Assembly (NCBI GenBank): GCA_016176415.1
Contig: JACOXH010000002.1
Location: forward strand, 32,072-96,071
Source of the DNA: Candidatus Daviesbacteria bacterium
GTDB lineage: Bacteria > Patescibacteriota > Microgenomatia > Daviesbacterales > UBA10151
Direction: 5' to 3'
DNA length: 64,000 bases
In this document: piece after piece, positions 19,101 to 28,312 of the stretch
Layout: each line of letters opens with the position of its first letter
How positions within the stretch are numbered: position 1 is the stretch's first letter
Program-made: the position numbers and the translations under genes
The notes under the pieces: model-generated
Seen by the model: the letters and a program-made list of their open reading frames with translations, nothing else
Databases searched by the model: none
Told to the model about the DNA's origin: nothing

Positions 19101-20271
19101 TTATTCTAATTTTTACACCTCTCCACCATGTTTGTAAAGCCACTGCAGGCGTTAGAATTGACAGCATGTACTTTAGGGAGATGCACATTTTGATAAACCA
19201 TGCTAATAAGCCGTAAATGTTAAGATTGAAAATATTGCTTAAGGCATAATGCGGCCCTATCGGCACAACAAATCCGTAAGAATTAGGAGTGCGGTAGTTT
19301 TCAGGCGGTAGATTCATGCTTTTATTGATTATGTTTTTTGCCACAGCTTTGCCTTGAGCCAAAGCAGCCCGGGCTGTTTGAGGAATGGGTGAGCCGTTTT
19401 TGTCTTTTAAATCTGCCATATCGCCTACAACCCATACTCCGTCATGCCCTTCAGCAGATAAATCACTTTTTACCCTGATTTGACCTCTCCCGTTAATAAC
19501 AGCTCCTTTTATTCCGTCCGTCGGCACAGCCCCTTTTACACCGGCGGTCCATATTAAATAATCGCAGCTGATTTTTTCACCGCTGATACAATAGATATTT
19601 TCCCGGTCAACCCTGGTTATTTGGCAGCCTAAATTAAGCTTTACACCTAATTTTGTTAACCTGCTTTCAGCTAAAGATCCTGCCCACTTTGGCATATTAT
19701 TGAACAGATGACTGGAGGCTTCAATAAGCGTAAGTTTACCCCTTTCCTTCAGGAATTTCGCCAGCAGACCTGCCAATTCTACTCCTGTAAAGCCGCCTCC
19801 GGCTATCACAACATGACTGCCGTTTTTTATTTCACACAAGTCATTGCGGGTATTTAGTGCATCTTCAGTATTCTTAAACGGATGCGAGTACTCTTTTGCT
19901 CCTTCAATTCCCAAATAGTTTGTAGTTGAGCCGAGTGCAATTACAAGATAGTCAAATTTCAAATTTGACTGCCCCAAAATAACCTCTTTTTTATTTAAGT
20001 TTATGCCTTTTACCTGATCAACAAAGATTTCTACTTTTTTGTGTTTGAATATTTGATTCAAAGGGATATTAACTGTCCCCATAAGATTTTTAAATGTAAG
20101 CTTATCATTATGTAAAACTTCAGTTGTTGCCAGTTCATAAAGATCAGGGTGAAAGGAGTGATAAGGAGAATCGTTAACCAGAGTAATTTTGAAACCGCAT
20201 TTTTTTGCCGGAAGATCCAAAGCTACTTTTATTCCGCCAAAGCCTCCTCCTAAAATGACTATATGTTTCAT
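19093..20271 (-). CDS. ndh: type II NADH dehydrogenase-like FAD-dependent oxidoreductase
   Basis: ILGGGFGG and IAGGGFTGVE dinucleotide-binding motifs, plus VWVVGDMA. Confidence 0.75.
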   Translation of the reverse strand: MKHIVILGGGFGGIKVALDLPAKKCGFKITLVNDSPYHSFHPDLYELATTEVLHNDKLTFKNLMGTVNIPLNQIFKHKKVEIFVDQVKGINLNKKEVILGQSNLKFDYLVIALGSTTNYLGIEGAKEYSHPFKNTEDALNTRNDLCEIKNGSHVVIAGGGFTGVELAGLLAKFLKERGKLTLIEASSHLFNNMPKWAGSLAESRLTKLGVKLNLGCQITRVDRENIYCISGEKISCDYLIWTAGVKGAVPTDGIKGAVINGRGQIRVKSDLSAEGHDGVWVVGDMADLKDKNGSPIPQTARAALAQGKAVAKNIINKSMNLPPENYRTPNSYGFVVPIGPHYALSNIFNLNIYGLLAWFIKMCISLKYMLSILTPAVALQTWWRGVKIRINE

Positions 20272-20316
20272 AATATTACTGTAACAGAATAATCATTTTT
20301 TGTGTAAAATATTCAA

Positions 20317-21558
20317 ATGAAAAATTTTAGGATTGTTGCAAAAGATGGAAAAGCACGTGTCGGATTACTTACTACTTCTCATGGAGTGATTGAGACTCCG
20401 AATTTTAATCCTGTTGGGACGCAGGCTACAGTGAAGGCGCTTTCCCCAAAAGATCTTAATGAAATCGGCGTGCAGATGGTTTTGGCCAACACTTATCATT
20501 TGATGCTCCGTCCAGGAGCTGATTTAATTGAAAAATTTGGGGGACTGCATAAATTTATGAATTGGGATAAGCCAATTATGACAGATTCAGGAGGATTTCA
20601 GGTTTTTTCTCTGGGTGCGGCTTTAGAACATGGCGGAAGTAAAGTTCTACGAAAAAATACCACCCCTGGGGTGGAATTGAAGCTGCACCCCAGGGGTGTA
20701 AATTCAAAACCAAGATTAAACAAAATTATAGAAGAAGGGGTAACCTTTCAATCTCATATCGACGGTTCAAAGCATATTTTAACTCCTGAAAAATCAATTA
20801 AAATCCAACAGCAATTGGGTGCAGATTTGATTGTGGCTTTTGATGATCACGAGTCTGCAAAGCATAATTATGGTGAGATGCAAAAGTCTTTAGAACTGAC
20901 AGAAAGATGGGGTTTGAGAAGTCTGAAGGAGCACAAAAGAACAGGTGTCAAGCTAATCCACCCTCCAGGTGGGAAGCTGGAGCAGTTGATGTATGGAGTG
21001 GTGCATGGAGGTACGCATAAAGATTTAAGGGTTAGGTCTGCTAAATTTACCGATGAACATTTTGATGCCGTTGCCATAGGTGGAATTTATGGCGATAAAC
21101 AAACGCTTTGCAGTATTGTTGAATGGGTCACAAGTGCAGTTTCAGAGGAAAAACCAAGACATTTGCTGGGTATTGGAGAGGTGGAAGATTTATTTAATGG
21201 AATAGAAAGAGGAGTGGATTTTTTCGACTGTGTAGCGCCCACCAGACGGGCCAGAAACGGCTCTTTATATATTTGCCCTAAAAGTGGTGGTAAAAAATCA
21301 AACAGCTATACTTTAAACATCAGGCAAAGTAAATTTTTTTCAGATAAAAAACCAATTGACCCTCGTTGTAATTGTTATACCTGCACTAATTTTTCCAGAA
21401 GTTATTTGCGTCACTTATATATGGCAGATGAGATTTTGTATCACGAGCTGTCCACTTACCACAATATCTTTTTTATCATTGATTTGGTTAAAAGGATTAG
21501 AGAAACAATTAAGGATGGGGAATTTAAGAAATTTAAAAGAGGGTATATAGACAGGTAA
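20317..21558 (+). CDS. tgt: queuine tRNA-ribosyltransferase (tRNA-guanine transglycosylase)
   Basis: TDSGGFQVFSL, the zinc site CNCYTC...H, and LGIGEVEDL. It carries insertions relative to the canonical layout. Confidence 0.9.
   Translation: MKNFRIVAKDGKARVGLLTTSHGVIETPNFNPVGTQATVKALSPKDLNEIGVQMVLANTYHLMLRPGADLIEKFGGLHKFMNWDKPIMTDSGGFQVFSLGAALEHGGSKVLRKNTTPGVELKLHPRGVNSKPRLNKIIEEGVTFQSHIDGSKHILTPEKSIKIQQQLGADLIVAFDDHESAKHNYGEMQKSLELTERWGLRSLKEHKRTGVKLIHPPGGKLEQLMYGVVHGGTHKDLRVRSAKFTDEHFDAVAIGGIYGDKQTLCSIVEWVTSAVSEEKPRHLLGIGEVEDLFNGIERGVDFFDCVAPTRRARNGSLYICPKSGGKKSNSYTLNIRQSKFFSDKKPIDPRCNCYTCTNFSRSYLRHLYMADEILYHELSTYHNIFFIIDLVKRIRETIKDGEFKKFKRGYIDR
20661..20698. repeat. REP-like pair CACCCCTGGGGTG-N12-CACCCCAGGGGTG inside tgt
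   Basis: Read directly from the sequence. It encodes TTPGVELKLHPRGV within an insert. Confidence 0.7.
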
Positions 21559-21619
21559 GTGGCAGAGTAAGTGAGAGTTTATAGACTGCAACACTTACTC
21601 CAACCACTTAATTTAACTT

Positions 21620-21865
21620 CTAAGCTGCAGGTGTATCTCCTGCCGGATTTTGTTCTTCACCAACTCCCTGATCAGGAGCAGACGGTTGAGGAACGCCCTG
21701 GTCTGCCGGTACTTCCGGTTGCTGTGGAGCAGGTTCAGGAGCAGGTGACGCTGGTACTTCTTGTCCGGCGTTCGGATCAGATACAGGTGTTTGCGGTTGA
21801 TCGCCCATGCCTCCTTGATTTGGGTCAACAGGAGGCATGCCACCGTTATTGTTATTAGGATCCAT
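21620..21865 (-). CDS. small acidic Pro/Gln-rich low-complexity protein
   Basis: A strong ribosome-binding site (GGGGGTGAG) lies upstream of the ATG on the minus strand. The overlapping plus-strand ORF 21571..21858 has no comparable signal. Confidence 0.5.
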   Translation of the reverse strand: MDPNNNNGGMPPVDPNQGGMGDQPQTPVSDPNAGQEVPASPAPEPAPQQPEVPADQGVPQPSAPDQGVGEEQNPAGDTPAA

Positions 21866-21946
21866 AAATAAAACTCACCCCCTCTCTTAATTACTTTAAC
21901 TTTAAACCAGTTGCCAGGTCAAGCACTTTTTGGTTACTATTAAGGT

Positions 21947-22990
21947 ATGCCTTCTAAATCTGCCCGTAAGAATGGCTGGAAAGCTGTCCAGTCCAAAAAT
22001 AAAATAAAAAAACAAAGCAGGCTGGCTTTGGGCATTTTGTTTCTAATAGGCTTAATACTGTTAATATCGTGGACCGTACGTTTTGCCAAAAATTTATCCA
22101 GCCCTTTAAAAAACAGCTCAAAAATAATCAGAAATTATGCCTGGGATAAGGAATTTAACATTAATCTGGTGATCCGTACAGATAAAGTAGCCCTGTTTTC
22201 CTATAATCCAAAAGAAGAAAAAATTGTAATTGTAAATATTCCTGATGAAGCCTTTTTGGAGATTCCGTATGGTTTTGGCAGCTGGCAATTAAGGGCAGTC
22301 TATAAATTGGGAGAGTCTCAAAAGAATATGGGAGGTGATAAATTACTGGTTGAAACTCTGATTAATTTATTAGGTGTGCCCATTGACGGCTTTTTGGATT
22401 TTGAAGGTTTGACCGTTCAGGAAGATACTGGAAAAATGATTGAAGAAGCCCGTAAGAATCCTTTTTGGGGGTTGGATTTGTTATCAAAGATAAAAACCAA
22501 TTTGACATTGTGGGAACTTGTTAAATTAAAAGCTGCCATTGCTTCTGTCAGGTTTGATAAGATTAAACAGATTGATTTGGAGAAAGTTTTAGATGCAAGT
22601 CATCTGGCTGACGGAACTTCTGTTTTAACTACAGATATTGTTAAAACAGACAGTGTTTTGACTGATTTACAGGATCCCACTATCTTTGCAGAACATAAAA
22701 GCATTGCAGTTTATAATGCTACTAATCACCCTCAACTGGCGCAAAAGTGGGTAAGAGTGATAACTAATTTAGGAGGCAACGTGGTAATCACTGCTAATGC
22801 TAAATCCCGCCTTCAGAATACTGTAGTTTTAGGCGAAGACTCTTTGACGCAAAAAAGACTGAAGCAGATTTTTGTTTTAGGCTGCCCAAACAATCCAAAA
22901 TGTGATACTATTGAGCCGGATAAGGAGGATTTAGTCTCTTCCCGGGCTCAAATAAATATCTTTTTGGGAGAAGACTATTTTAATAAATGA
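21947..22990 (+). CDS. LytR-CpsA-Psr (LCP) family protein with a LytR_C-like C-terminal domain
   Basis: N-terminal TM anchor, FNINLVIRTD...IVNIPDEAFLEIP...LLVETLINLLGVPIDGFL, and a C-terminal IAVYNATN segment. Confidence 0.6.
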   Translation: MPSKSARKNGWKAVQSKNKIKKQSRLALGILFLIGLILLISWTVRFAKNLSSPLKNSSKIIRNYAWDKEFNINLVIRTDKVALFSYNPKEEKIVIVNIPDEAFLEIPYGFGSWQLRAVYKLGESQKNMGGDKLLVETLINLLGVPIDGFLDFEGLTVQEDTGKMIEEARKNPFWGLDLLSKIKTNLTLWELVKLKAAIASVRFDKIKQIDLEKVLDASHLADGTSVLTTDIVKTDSVLTDLQDPTIFAEHKSIAVYNATNHPQLAQKWVRVITNLGGNVVITANAKSRLQNTVVLGEDSLTQKRLKQIFVLGCPNNPKCDTIEPDKEDLVSSRAQINIFLGEDYFNK

Positions 22991-23691
22991 TCCTGTGGAT
23001 TATATTATTTCTGCTGATTGTAGCAATTTCTTTTGTTTTAGCTTACCGTTCGATGAGGGATTATCAGGAAATTCCGCATCAGTCAAAAACAGAATATGGT
23101 TTGTATTTAGTCCGCAACCCTGAAAACTTTAATAAAGATTTTTTAGACCGCTTTAATAAGCTGCTGGTAAAAGAAGGTTTGATAGTTAGTTTTGAAAGGT
23201 TATTCAAAGGGAGTCAGGCAGCTTTAACAATATATGGCCCCAAAAAAGTGCTGGAAGAATTTATTGGAGAGTTAAACCTTTTGGAGCTTGAAGATTATAC
23301 TTTCAACCTGGACCATAACCACTTATCTATTTGGGAAGTTGGTGTTACTGAAAATACCAAACACAAAGAATTAAATATTGAAAATATTTTTGCAGATCTT
23401 GCCCGTTTAGGAAATGAAGACCAGTTTTTCTGGCAGGTGGTGTTGGGACCAAAACAAAAAGGGCAATTATTTGCCAGTCAAATCAGGGCTGTAGTGTATT
23501 CAAAAGATCCTCAAAAAAGACAGGAATTGGTGCCAATACTGCAAAACATAGCCTCAAGCGAATTACTTAAAGTGCCTAACCCTTTTACACAGCAGCAAAT
23601 GGTAAGTTTTTTTAAATCCCGCAGTTTAGCCAAAGATAGCAGGGGACCGCTTTTGGAGGCTGATCAGGTTCACCGTTTGCTTAAAGTATGA
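22987..23691 (+). CDS. N-terminally anchored hypothetical protein
   Basis: A single TM helix at the N-terminus. The start overlaps the upstream gene by 4 nt. Confidence 0.4.
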   Translation: MILWIILFLLIVAISFVLAYRSMRDYQEIPHQSKTEYGLYLVRNPENFNKDFLDRFNKLLVKEGLIVSFERLFKGSQAALTIYGPKKVLEEFIGELNLLELEDYTFNLDHNHLSIWEVGVTENTKHKELNIENIFADLARLGNEDQFFWQVVLGPKQKGQLFASQIRAVVYSKDPQKRQELVPILQNIASSELLKVPNPFTQQQMVSFFKSRSLAKDSRGPLLEADQVHRLLKV

Positions 23692-23692
23692 G

Positions 23693-24412
23693 TTAAATTT
23701 CCGGTTCTTCTTCTGACTCTTCGCTTTCTTCGTCACTGTTATCCAGTGAGGGTAGAATTGTGGTGCTGATATTAGATTGAGAATATTCTAAAAATGAGGG
23801 CTGGTTTTTAAACTTTTTACTGCGGAATGTTTCCTTAATTAGAACCTGAAGACTGTTGACTCTGATAGATTTAATGAACAGTTCATACTTGTTGCCGCCC
23901 TTAAAGAGTCTTAACAGGTGGTGGCTGATGTCGTCAGGTAAGACTCCCAGGTAATTGCCGTTTAAATCAACAATGGTTATTTTGCGGTTTTTTACAGCCA
24001 TTTCTACGGGCATTCCGCAGTAAGCTTGTGATAATTTTTGTGGTTCGGCCACTTTTAATAAATTAACTATTTTGGTTTTACCCGGTTCCTGTAAAAACAA
24101 AGAAGGAGAGAGTTTGCCGTGGTTATTTGGTAAACATTGTCCGTTTGATTTAAAGGACTTCATAATTTTTAAATTTTTCAAAGCAATTGGATTATAAGGA
24201 TCAATTGTCAGGACTTCAGAATAGTATTTTTTTGCCAAATTTCCTTTGCCAAGTTCCATATGAGCTTTGGCCTGACGGTTTAGAGCATCTATGTTTTTAG
24301 GATCCAGCTTGATAATTTTTTTATTGATTTTGACAGCTTCTTCCCATTGGGAATTAAGCGCAGCATCAATTGCCTGCTCGTAGAGACTGGAAGAATCAGA
24401 GGAAGTGTCCAT
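23693..24412 (-). CDS. TPR-repeat protein with an acidic C-terminal tail
   Basis: TPR-like repeats in the first 80 aa. The C-terminus is SDEESEESEEEPEI. Confidence 0.5.
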   Translation of the reverse strand: MDTSSDSSSLYEQAIDAALNSQWEEAVKINKKIIKLDPKNIDALNRQAKAHMELGKGNLAKKYYSEVLTIDPYNPIALKNLKIMKSFKSNGQCLPNNHGKLSPSLFLQEPGKTKIVNLLKVAEPQKLSQAYCGMPVEMAVKNRKITIVDLNGNYLGVLPDDISHHLLRLFKGGNKYELFIKSIRVNSLQVLIKETFRSKKFKNQPSFLEYSQSNISTTILPSLDNSDEESEESEEEPEI

Positions 24413-24480
24413 CTAAATGAAGAAGTATAGAGAGAGTGAGAATTCTTGTCAATGTTTCGTCTTTTGTAAGGATTTCACCC

Positions 24481-25262
24481 TAGGGGTGGCGTTATATTGA
24501 CACCCCAGGTATTTTGGATTACATTAAATATTAATATGCCGCAAAGACCTGTGGTTTTAGCTAATAATGAAATTTATCATGTATTCAACCGTACCATTGG
24601 CGGACAGCAGATTTTTGCCCAGAATCAAAAGTTCAATTTAAGCAAAGCTTTGGAGATAGTAAATTATTATCGTTTTACCCAAAAGATTAGGCTCTCAAGA
24701 TTTAAACAGCTCCCTGCTGAACTGAAAAAACAATATTTGGATGCACTAGCAAGTACTGACCCTCTTGTTGAAATATATGCTTTTGCATTTATGCCAAACC
24801 ATTTTCACTTTTTGCTTAAACAGATAAGGGATAACGGCGTTGCTGCTTTTATTTCAAACTTTCAAAACAGTTTTGCTAAGGTTTTTAATTTAAAGAATAA
24901 TAGGAATGGGGCTTTATTCCAAAATGCTTTTAAAGCAAAAAGGATTGTATCTGATGAACAATTTGTACATATATCCCGTTACATTCATTTAAATCCCGTA
25001 ACAGCTTATATTATTGAGTTTGATAAATTAGCAAATTTTAAATGGACATCTTTTTCAGCTTATGTAACACAGGAACAAATACCACTTATAAACTCAGACT
25101 TTTTAGTACAGATGTTTGGAAGTAAGGAAAAATATGTTAACTTTGTTGCTGATCAGATAGATTACCAAAGGGATTTAGCTCAAATAAAGGATTTATTGAT
25201 TGAGGAATAAATTTTAACTTAAAATCCTGGTGTGTAAATATGATTTCACCCCTAGGGTGCAA
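24481..25262 (+). mobile_element. RAYT-type (IS200-like Y1) transposase gene flanked by inverted REP-like units
   Basis: REP units lie at 24481-24525 (reverse orientation) and 25222-25262 (forward orientation), on either side of the gene. Confidence 0.6.
24536..25210 (+). CDS. REP-associated tyrosine transposase / IS200-like Y1 transposase
   Basis: YHVFNRT, the HUH motif FMPNHFHFLLK, and YIHLNPV. ATG 24536 is preferred because the longer ORF start lies inside the REP unit. Confidence 0.75.
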   Translation: MPQRPVVLANNEIYHVFNRTIGGQQIFAQNQKFNLSKALEIVNYYRFTQKIRLSRFKQLPAELKKQYLDALASTDPLVEIYAFAFMPNHFHFLLKQIRDNGVAAFISNFQNSFAKVFNLKNNRNGALFQNAFKAKRIVSDEQFVHISRYIHLNPVTAYIIEFDKLANFKWTSFSAYVTQEQIPLINSDFLVQMFGSKEKYVNFVADQIDYQRDLAQIKDLLIEE

Positions 25263-25308
25263 AGCAAATGGTTTGTAGTAAAAGCTTTTTTGGAATACAA
25301 TTACCCCC

Positions 25309-26116
25309 ATGAAAATTGAACAAAGGTATTACACAGGAGTATTAAATATGCGTTACCCTGAAGAGGATTTGTTCGGGTATCCTGATACTTTGGCGAGAAG
25401 TCGTCTTGGTGCAGCTTATCTAAATGCCTGCTCCATTCTTAGGACTTCTAATCCGCAGTCAGCTTTAGATATCGGTTCCTATCATGGTCATGGAGTTAAA
25501 ACTATTGCCGAAGAATTAGAATCGAATTTAGTGGTCAGTTCAGACGAATTAATTCATTTTCTGGAGCCTCAACAAAGAGTGCTGAACAGAAAGAACGGAC
25601 ATTTACCTTATAAGCAAGAAAACCCCACTTTCTTAAAGTGGGGTTCCACTGACAATAGCTTTCAAACTTTCGTACTCTAAGATATACAATTTAGAGAATG
25701 GGTTTTCTTAAAAGCTTGAAAACTTGGAAAAACACCGCGGCTTTTCAAGCCGCGGAAGTTTATCAGTTTGTCGGGCTGCGGGCTCCGGCGCTGCCGTTTC
25801 AGGATCAATCTTTTGACGCAGTTTTCCTGATGCATGTGATTGAACATGTCAAAAACCCATATGAGCTTTTGGCAGAGATGATGCAGGATTTCAAACAGAA
25901 CTTTATTATCTTATACCCAAAAAGCATGCGCAGAAAGTGCATGAAAGAAAAAAATGGTTAGCAAAACACCTGCCTTTTACCGGTAAATTAAGAACATATG
26001 TACCATGGAAGATATGGGATAGAATCATATTGAGAGGGGATCTTACATCTGCAGATTTTTTTCCATCGACTTACAATAACAATAATGCAATTGATTTATT
26101 AGCAGTAGGAAGTTAA
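25309..26116 (+). pseudogene. disrupted class I SAM methyltransferase
   Basis: Three frame-shifted pieces. Motif I-like LDIGSYHGHG lies in frame 1. LPFQDQSFDAVFLMHVIEHVKNP follows after an approximately 130-150 nt hairpin-rich insert. The C-terminal piece continues after the A7 run at 25948-25954. Confidence 0.6.
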
Positions 26117-26131
26117 TATCTATTCACTAAT

Positions 26132-26887
26132 ATGTCAGGACACAGTAAATGGTCAACTATTAAAAGAGCCAAAGGCGCAGCTGATATCAAACGCGGTTTA
26201 ACTTTTACTAAAGTTGCCAACGCTATTACCATTGCTACCAAAATGGGTGGTTCAGGCGACCCTGATTCTAATCCGCGGCTCCGTATGGCTGTGGATGAAG
26301 CCAGAGGGGTTAATATGCCTAAAGACAATATCCAGAGGGCAATTGACAGAGGTTTGGGGAAATTGCCAGGACAAACTTTAGAGGAAGTTCTCTATGAGGG
26401 TTTTGGTCCTGGTAAGACTGCTTTTTTAGTGGAAGGCGTGACAGATAATAAGATGAGAACTTTACAGGAAGTTAAGAATCTTTTTGACAAAAATGGCGGA
26501 AGCTTGGGAGGACAAGGTAGTGTAGCTTATATGTTTGATCGGGTAGGGGAAATAAGAGTCAAGAGTCAAGAGTCAAGAGTCAAGGAAGATGAGATGTTAG
26601 AACTGATAGACTTGGGAGCGGAAGACGTAGTAGATTATTTAGAAGATAACATGCAAGGGTATTTAGTATATGTGGGAAGCTCAGAAGTAAATACTATGGG
26701 TAATAAAATTACCCGGGCAGGATACAAGGTAGAGTCACAGGAATTAGTCTATAAACCTAATGTTTTAATACAAATAAACGATGCAGAATCAGCTAAAAAA
26801 GTGCTGGATTTTGCAGGGAAGTTAGAAGAGTTGGATGATGTGCAAAAGGTATATGCTAATTTTGATATCAATGAAGGGTTGGTTTAA
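26132..26887 (+). CDS. yebC: YebC/PmpR-family transcriptional regulator
   Basis: MSGHSKWSTIKRAKGAADIKRG N-terminus. Confidence 0.9.
   Translation: MSGHSKWSTIKRAKGAADIKRGLTFTKVANAITIATKMGGSGDPDSNPRLRMAVDEARGVNMPKDNIQRAIDRGLGKLPGQTLEEVLYEGFGPGKTAFLVEGVTDNKMRTLQEVKNLFDKNGGSLGGQGSVAYMFDRVGEIRVKSQESRVKEDEMLELIDLGAEDVVDYLEDNMQGYLVYVGSSEVNTMGNKITRAGYKVESQELVYKPNVLIQINDAESAKKVLDFAGKLEELDDVQKVYANFDINEGLV
26554..26584. repeat. AAGAGTC x4 tandem heptamer inside yebC
   Basis: Read directly from the sequence. It encodes VKSQESRVK. Confidence 0.8.
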
Positions 26888-26888
26888 C

Positions 26889-26974
26889 TGTCATCCTGAG
26901 TGAAACGAAGGATCTTTAGATACCTTGAATACTTGCATTCGCAAGAGATTCTTCGCTAGTCGCTCAGAATGACA
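26889..26974. repeat. MITE-like palindromic element, copy B
   Basis: TGTCATCCTGAGTGAAACGAAGGATC...GATTCTTCGCTAGTCGCTCAGAATGACA. Confidence 0.7.
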
Positions 26975-26984
26975 AAGGTATTTT

Positions 26985-27518
26985 ATGATAATTTTGGGTA
27001 TTGATCCCGGTACTGCCACAACAGGGTATGGTGTGATTAAAATTCCTGATGATATTTTAGGCAGGGAATTTAATTATGATATTGAGCTGGTAACTTACGG
27101 CAACATCAGCACACCTAAAGATAAACTCATGCAGGACAGACTGGACATGATTTACCGTCAGCTTAACAGCGTGATTGAAAAATACAAACCTGATCAGATG
27201 GTTTGTGAAATGCTTTTTTTTGGTTCAAATACCAAAACTGCTATTATGGTGGGGCAGGCAAGAGGGGTAATTATGCTGGCTGCTTCTCAACACAGAGTTC
27301 CTTTTACCGATTACACAGGGCCTCAAATAAAACTAATGGTAGCAGGATCAGGAAGGGCAGATAAGAATCAGGTGCATGATGGTGTGAGAAGGTTTTTAGG
27401 CACACCGGGTAGAAGAAGAAGTAAATTGAAAGTAAATTGGAAGGGTGGGCATCTGGATGACGCTACCGATGCTTTGGCTATAGCTATTTGTCATGTGTTA
27501 AAGCTGGCAGCAAAATAA
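26985..27518 (+). CDS. ruvC: crossover junction endodeoxyribonuclease RuvC
   Basis: ILGIDPGTATTGYGVI N-terminus and DDATDALAIAICH C-terminal motif. Confidence 0.9.
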   Translation: MIILGIDPGTATTGYGVIKIPDDILGREFNYDIELVTYGNISTPKDKLMQDRLDMIYRQLNSVIEKYKPDQMVCEMLFFGSNTKTAIMVGQARGVIMLAASQHRVPFTDYTGPQIKLMVAGSGRADKNQVHDGVRRFLGTPGRRRSKLKVNWKGGHLDDATDALAIAICHVLKLAAK

Positions 27519-27523
27519 GGAAT

Positions 27524-28312
27524 ATGAACCTGGTTATTAACAAAAGACAGAAAATAGTGCTCACAGCAGTCTTATTAACTATAGGACTTCTTTCCACCCA
27601 ACTGGTTGATTTTAATTTAAGATTCCGTTTTATAGGAGGTTTAGCAGCGCTGGCTTATGTCTTCTCTCTTTGGTCCTTATGGCAGGGTATAAATACTACC
27701 AAAGCTGTGACGCTGATGATTTTACCAACACTGTTTACCATAGCTGTAGCCAGTTTTTATTTTGTATTGCCTATCAGATGGCTGACCAGATTGCCTGTAG
27801 CTTTGTTATTTGGTCTGACTTTTTATCTCTTACTTTTAGCCCAAAACGTTTATAACGTAGCAAGCCTCCGCACGATTCCCTTATACAGAGCTGCTTCCAC
27901 AGCCAGCTTTTTGTTTACACTGCTTTCAGCTTTCTTTTTGTATCATGTAGTTTTTGCTTTTAACTTATTGTTTGTCTGGAATGGGGTAGTGGTATTTTTG
28001 ATAAGCCTTCCATTAATATTACAAGTGCTTTGGTCAATACAAATGGAAGATAAAATTCCAATCCATGTTTTAGTTCAGAGTTTTATACTGGCATTGGTAT
28101 TAGGGGAACTTGCTTTCAGTTTTTCATTTTGGCCTTTTTCCAAAAATTCAGTTATGTGGGCGTTATCGCTTTCATCTGCTATGTATGTTTTATTGGGTTT
28201 AACTACACAAAGATTGCGCGGTAAGCTCAATAAAAGGGTAGTGTGGGAGTATTTGGCAATAGGGGTGGTGGTGTTAGTTGTGAGTTTTCTCACAACTTTA
28301 TGGACCGGATAG
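27524..28312 (+). CDS. multi-pass membrane protein
   Basis: About 8 hydrophobic helices. ATG 27524 avoids an overlap with ruvC. Confidence 0.5.
   Translation: MNLVINKRQKIVLTAVLLTIGLLSTQLVDFNLRFRFIGGLAALAYVFSLWSLWQGINTTKAVTLMILPTLFTIAVASFYFVLPIRWLTRLPVALLFGLTFYLLLLAQNVYNVASLRTIPLYRAASTASFLFTLLSAFFLYHVVFAFNLLFVWNGVVVFLISLPLILQVLWSIQMEDKIPIHVLVQSFILALVLGELAFSFSFWPFSKNSVMWALSLSSAMYVLLGLTTQRLRGKLNKRVVWEYLAIGVVVLVVSFLTTLWTG

Noticed and set aside
21571-21858. Plus-strand ORFs overlapping the Pro/Gln-rich gene.
   Set aside because: They have no ribosome-binding site. The GC-rich low-complexity DNA is open in several frames, and only the minus-strand 21620..21865 frame has a strong SD sequence and an ATG.
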